In this document: one piece after another, positions 62,701 through 64,000 of the stretch
Layout of the letters: each line of letters starts with the position of its first letter
Numbering within the stretch: position 1 is the stretch's first letter
Source: Octopus sinensis
Taxonomy: Eukaryota
NCBI RefSeq assembly: GCF_006345805.1
Contig: NC_043011.1
Coordinates: 32,996,464 to 33,060,463 of the forward strand
Direction: 5' to 3'
Length of the DNA stretch: 64,000 bases
Program-made: the position numbers and the translations under genes
Notes under the pieces: generated by a model
What the model saw: the letters and a program-made list of their open reading frames with translations, nothing else
Told to the model about the DNA's origin: nothing
Database searches by the model: none

Positions 62701-62788
62701 ACGCTATGATTCCCAAGATTACAAAGGACCAAAATCAAAAGGTGGTGCTCGGGGAAAAATGGAAATGAGAAATTTCTCAAGATCTTAA
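9077..62788 (+). CDS. ADAM10: ADAM10/Kuzbanian, 5'-partial, 17 coding exons: join(9077-9212,12821-12942,22466-22640,24278-24410,28914-29060,30899-31045,31869-32064,38758-38930,40468-40666,44294-44447,45490-45594,46828-46912,49954-50062,52191-52322,55643-55782,59761-59934,62636-62788)
   Basis: All exons join in frame with matching phases to TAA at 62786-62788. The translation shows ADAM10 hallmarks: FHSVIY, GSCA cysteine switch, [98 protein letters not shown]. Confidence 0.96.
10162..11290 (-). mobile_element. Possible solo LTR
   Basis: Minus strand starts TGTTA, with CCAAT boxes (11146-11209), TATAAAAA (11073-11080) and AATAAA (10470-10475, 10236-10241) in LTR order. No TSD found; left end uncertain. 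Confidence 0.35.
11718..11941. mobile_element. ~220-bp TTAA-flanked MITE family 2. Other copies: 44567-44783, 48873-49092
   Basis: Ends resemble the TIR of the 33407 element (CCCTTTCG[T/A]TAC); shared internal sequence. Confidence 0.8.
12472..12619. repeat. Inverted repeat, 60-bp arms, 28-nt spacer
   Basis: 12472-12531 versus 12560-12619, one mismatch. Confidence 0.9.
12821..12942 (+). CDS. ADAM10: ADAM10 prodomain exon ([25 protein letters not shown])
   Basis: ttgcag/gtaact, phase 2 to 1. Resembles HFNLRMKRDTSLF..DTSHIYTG. Confidence 0.9.
15214..15960. repeat. Inverted repeat, 131-bp arms (15214-15344 / 15830-15960)
   Basis: Two mismatches seen by eye; the right arm sits inside a family A SINE. 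Confidence 0.9.
17714..17802 (-). ncRNA. Type I hammerhead ribozyme motif, canonical core
   Basis: Minus strand: UUUCGG CUGAUGA GUACG..CGUAC GAA ACAAUUGU A CCGAAA. Confidence 0.85.
18174..18325. repeat. Perfect palindrome, 74-bp arms, 4-nt loop
   Basis: 18174-18247 is the exact reverse complement of 18252-18325. Confidence 0.95.
18467..18585. repeat. Palindrome, 58-bp arms, 3-nt loop, 2 mismatches
   Basis: Read directly from the sequence. Confidence 0.9.
18691..18791. repeat. Imperfect palindrome next to (TA)n
   Basis: TTTCATGTTCCCG / CGGGAACATGAAA core with outer arms. Confidence 0.85.
22466..22640 (+). CDS. ADAM10: ADAM10 prodomain exon ([31 protein letters not shown])
   Basis: tttcag/gtaagt, phase 1 to 2, PFHSVIY motif. 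Confidence 0.93.
24278..24410 (+). CDS. ADAM10: ADAM10 cysteine-switch exon (..[17 protein letters not shown])
   Basis: ctatag/gtaagg, phase 2 to 0. GSCA aligns with ADAM10 GGCA. Confidence 0.88.
24441..24842 (-). mobile_element. Abundant tRNA-derived SINE (family A), near-intact copy. Many others, e.g. ~1225-1540, 2800-3170, 9545-9840, 15640-16050, 25529-25740 plus 27430-27605, 37150-37470, 42770-43135, 46315-46530
   Basis: Head GGAGTGGCTGTGTGGTAAG..GGTTCAGTCCC, internal (TA/CA)n, tail GGCGGTGCTCCAGCATGGCCGCAGTC..GAAACAAGTAAAAGA. Named family not assigned. Confidence 0.85.
25784..27410 (+). mobile_element. 5'-truncated Penelope-like retroelement: RT C-terminus plus GIY-YIG endonuclease, one frameshift, 3' pLTR-like region
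   Basis: ORFs give [40 protein letters not shown] and [36 protein letters not shown]. Frameshift near 26290-26320 (RQPKNLKK in the second frame). CCAAT boxes, TATTTAA and a hammerhead follow. (TA)n on both flanks. Confidence 0.93.
27181..27225 (+). ncRNA. Minimal type I hammerhead motif in the Penelope 3' region
   Basis: UGAAC CUGAAGA U UGCA-gaauuuaa-UGCA U GAA AGUACU A GUUCA, about 410 bp after the GIY-YIG stop. Confidence 0.8.
28117..28186. repeat. Palindrome, 34-bp arms, next to (TA)n
   Basis: One mismatch, 2-nt loop. Confidence 0.9.
28914..29060 (+). CDS. ADAM10: ADAM10 pro/catalytic boundary exon (..[26 protein letters not shown]..)
   Basis: ttgcag/gtaagt, phase 0 to 0. Resembles KNTCQLYIQTDHLFF. 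Confidence 0.92.
30899..31045 (+). CDS. ADAM10: ADAM10 catalytic-domain exon (..[23 protein letters not shown])
   Basis: ttacag/gtaagt, phase 0 to 0. Resembles HVKAIDTIYQTTDF..ISFMVKRI. Confidence 0.92.
31869..32064 (+). CDS. ADAM10: ADAM10 catalytic-domain exon (..[37 protein letters not shown])
   Basis: ctatag/gtaagt, phase 0 to 1, highly conserved motif. Confidence 0.96.
33407..34486 (-). mobile_element. piggyBac internal-deletion derivative with N-terminal transposase fragment
   Basis: TTAA at 33403-33406 and 34487-34490; 12-bp TIR CCCTTTCGTTAC. ORF 33815-34105 has an acidic stretch then W..F..GP..LDYFFL.F....I.AETNRYA. Confidence 0.9.
35130..35460 (-). pseudogene. Degraded LINE (CR1/L2-like) RT C-terminal remnant
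   Basis: [22 protein letters not shown]. Confidence 0.55.
36065..37124 (+). mobile_element. Non-autonomous Helitron-like element with duplicated 5' module
   Basis: GC hairpin CCCGG-gaatta-CCGGG (37097-37112), then CTAG (37121-37124) followed by T. Two similar blocks at ~36065-36255 and ~36270-36515. The 5' boundary is approximate. Confidence 0.6.
38758..38930 (+). CDS. ADAM10: ADAM10 active-site exon ([35 protein letters not shown])
   Basis: tag/gtaaga, phase 1 to 0. HExxH zinc motif; the third His is the first codon of the next exon. Confidence 0.97.
40468..40666 (+). CDS. ADAM10: ADAM10 Met-turn exon ([27 protein letters not shown])
   Basis: ttacag/gtgagt, phase 0 to 1. Confidence 0.96.
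43601..43975 (-). mobile_element. GC-rich short retroelement with (TAAG)n tail, RTE-related
   Basis: Minus strand ends CAAGTAAGTAAGTAA and contains GGGCCACCCAAG, recalled from RTE 5' UTRs. Confidence 0.5.
44294..44447 (+). CDS. ADAM10: ADAM10 disintegrin exon 1 ([28 protein letters not shown])
   Basis: ctatag/gtaatt, phase 1 to 2, disintegrin Cys pattern. Confidence 0.95.
45040..45330 (+). pseudogene. Degraded RTE-clade LINE RT C-terminal remnant
   Basis: [41 protein letters not shown] across frameshifts. Confidence 0.65.
45490..45594 (+). CDS. ADAM10: ADAM10 disintegrin exon 2 ([30 protein letters not shown])
   Basis: tttcag acceptor; ends at U12-type donor ATATCCTTT; phase 2 to 2. Confidence 0.9.
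45595..46827 (+). other. U12-type (minor spliceosome) AT-AC intron, 1233 bp
   Basis: 5' end ATATCCTTT, branch-site-like TTCTTTAAC at 46809-46817, terminal AC at 46826-46827. Removal gives SC-D-GKRATCP in frame. Confidence 0.93.
46828..46912 (+). CDS. ADAM10: ADAM10 disintegrin exon 3 ([28 protein letters not shown])
   Basis: Follows AC acceptor; gtaagt donor. Resembles GFTALCP..TDCNRHTQVCING. Confidence 0.92.
47141..47455 (-). mobile_element. SINE with family X head and a different (AAG)n-ended tail, inserted in a MITE
   Basis: TSD TGTGATCATAAA (47129-47140, 47456-47467). Confidence 0.85.
48008..48526 (+). mobile_element. Chimeric SINE: family X 5' part plus family Y 3' part
   Basis: Matches the 54649-55032 copy up to ..GCACGTTAA (~48318), then matches 16787-17123 from AAATGAG.TGCGACGTCAC. 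Confidence 0.85.
49180..49770 (+). mobile_element. Non-autonomous retroposon with internal tandem sub-repeats and (GAT)n tail. Related pieces: ~145-390, 13420-14045, 30400-30645, 35490-35715, 37775-38115, 44050-44245
   Basis: Repeated GTGCCAGTGGCACGTAAAAGCACC units; common 3' end CCAACCCATGC.AGCATGGAAA..GGACGTTAAA.GATGATGAT (probably RTE-type tail, inference). Confidence 0.75.
49954..50062 (+). CDS. ADAM10: ADAM10 Cys-rich exon ([25 protein letters not shown])
   Basis: tttcag acceptor; weaker donor gtgcgt chosen because it gives phase 1 matching the next exon. Confidence 0.85.
50470..50810 (+). mobile_element. tRNA/CORE-like SINE (family Y) with 9-bp TSD; second copy at 16787-17123
   Basis: TGGCTCAATGG A box, CTCGAATCC B box, TSD TACATAGTG (50461-50469, 50811-50819). 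Confidence 0.88.
52191..52322 (+). CDS. ADAM10: ADAM10 Cys-rich exon ([18 protein letters not shown])
   Basis: tttcag/gtaagt, phase 1 to 1. Supplies the expected Cys and leads into GSPC. Divergent, so boundaries are less certain. Confidence 0.78.
53558..53698. mobile_element. mariner-type MITE
   Basis: TIR TTAGGTTGTCCCAAAAGTTCGTA / TACGAACTTTTGGGACAATCTTA with TA flanks. Confidence 0.75.
54649..55032 (-). mobile_element. tRNA-derived SINE (family X) with 12-bp TSD
   Basis: TSD GATCATTGGTCT (54637-54648, 55033-55044); tRNA-like head. Confidence 0.88.
55643..55782 (+). CDS. ADAM10: ADAM10 membrane-proximal exon ([40 protein letters not shown])
   Basis: taacag/gtatgt, phase 1 to 0, very close to ADAM10 consensus. 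Confidence 0.96.
56500..56545 (-). ncRNA. Minimal type I hammerhead motif, intact core boxes
   Basis: Minus strand: GACAC CUGAUGA A GGCUG-gaggguauau-CAGCU GAA ACGU U GUGUU. Confidence 0.75.
56808..56853 (+). ncRNA. Second copy of the same hammerhead, core mutated (CUAAUGA)
   Basis: GACAC CUAAUGA A GGCUG..CAGCC GAA ACGU U GUGUU. Confidence 0.7.
57119..58345 (-). mobile_element. Tc1-family transposon relic A (pseudogenised transposase)
   Basis: Fragments [47 protein letters not shown]; TIR ATGACAG(C/A)AGTAAATAGACATCC. Confidence 0.9.
58374..59601 (-). mobile_element. Tc1-family transposon relic B (pseudogenised transposase)
   Basis: TA-flanked TIR CAGGGGTTGGACAAAATAATGGAA; fragments [25 protein letters not shown] and a frameshifted HTH region. 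Confidence 0.9.
59761..59934 (+). CDS. ADAM10: ADAM10 transmembrane exon ([33 protein letters not shown]..)
   Basis: tttcag/gtatgt, phase 0 to 0, hydrophobic helix and HTPSSNP. Confidence 0.92.
62636..62788 (+). CDS. ADAM10: ADAM10 terminal exon ([21 protein letters not shown])
   Basis: Strong pyrimidine tract plus ttttag, GC-richer 50-codon frame ending in TAA, followed by A/U-rich UTR-like sequence. Confidence 0.8.
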   Translation: MPPPPYPGDNYSGPHIGHGRGPRYDSQDYKGPKSKGGARGKMEMRNFSRS

Positions 62789-62988
62789 GTTAAACATCCT
62801 TCTTTTTTTTTTTTTTTTGTTTTTTTTTCTCCCATCCCCTACCTATTTTGTAATTAAAAATTTAAAAAAAAAAGCAATGAAAGATATAAGTTAATTTGCT
62901 AAGCTTCTGCTATTGAAAGAATGTCTTGGTTGGAAAAAAGAACAAAAAAAAAAAACATTAAAATCTGAACATTTGAATGTAAAATGAA

Positions 62989-62994
62989 AATAAA
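62989..62994 (+). terminator. Candidate polyadenylation signal AATAAA (another at 63549-63554)
   Basis: Hexamer about 200 nt after the stop, followed by a U-rich tract. No transcript evidence. Confidence 0.3.
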
Positions 62995-63752
62995 TTTTTT
63001 AAATTAAAAAAATAATAACATCATGGCAAACTTTTAAATACATATGTAAATAAGATGAAATATGTTTTTGAAATTTTTTTTTTTTTTTTTTTGTTCCCTA
63101 TAATACAAAATTTTTACAATGAAAAATGCATTTGATCAGTCCTGTTAGCTTGCCTTTTTCTAGTGTATTGATGTAGCGACTGTGAGTGGCACTTAACCAA
63201 TAGCACTTGTCACCCTACATCTAACAACACTTCTTCCAGACTGTTCTACCACAGCTATGCTGCAAAATAACTTTTTTTACTCTCTTAACTGAATTTCTCC
63301 CTAAAAACCTTTGGATTTTTTTTCTTTTTGTTACGTTTGTAGCTACCATTAAAAATTTAGTTATCTTCTAGTTTTTCTCCTCCCCCTTTTGTTTATATTT
63401 TTTTATTTTTCTATTGTACCTTTCTCTTTTTTTTTGTTTTGTTTTGATTTTACCCAACCACTGGTATTTCTTCTTAACCACATTCCACCTTACACCACTT
63501 TTTTGTTTTGGGCTTTGATTTTTTTTTTATTGAACTTTGTGCTTGGATAATAAAATTAATATCCATACTTAGTTATCATGTTTGAGTTATAATTTCCCTA
63601 GCAGGGTTTCTGTTACTGTATAAGGAGATAATAGCTTTGGTCTCTTGGACACTTTTGTCAAACTAACTCAAGATAATTCTTTCAGTAATATTATATGAAA
63701 GCAACTATCAGTTCCTTGATATTCTTCTATCATGAAAATTTCCCACCAGCTC

Positions 63753-63832
<80 letters not shown>

Positions 63833-64000
63833 TATGTATGTATATATACATATGTGTATGTATGTGTATATGTATATACATGTAGATATATATATATATA
63901 CATACATGTGTGTGTATGTATATATATATACGAAATATTATTATGGAGGCAACACAGGTGAAGTCTAGAAGAGCATAATTGAAACATGCATCCAAAACTT

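Noticed and set aside
63668-63995. ORFs rich in YI/HT/CV repeats (also at 2646-3088, 18342, 28212, 32471 and others)
   Set aside because: Translations of (TA)n and (CA)n microsatellites and SINEs.

Overview
AT-rich, repeat-dense eukaryotic genomic DNA. The SINE, MITE and microsatellite landscape suggests an octopus (inference). The window is almost entirely one + strand gene, ADAM10/Kuzbanian. I reconstructed 17 coding exons by hand (9077-62788, 2480 nt, phases consistent throughout, about 826 aa), covering prodomain, [11 protein letters not shown] metalloprotease, disintegrin, Cys-rich, TM and tail. The signal-peptide exon was not found and is probably upstream. One intron (45595-46827) is a minor-spliceosome AT-AC intron. 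The introns hold a truncated Penelope element, several hammerhead-ribozyme motifs, a tRNA-headed ribozyme-bearing repeat in foldback arrangement, a piggyBac deletion derivative plus 13 TTAA MITEs, two Tc1 relics, hAT and mariner MITEs, a Helitron, LINE remnants and many tRNA-derived SINEs. All alignments and folds were done by eye, and comparisons with human ADAM10 are from memory and need checking.
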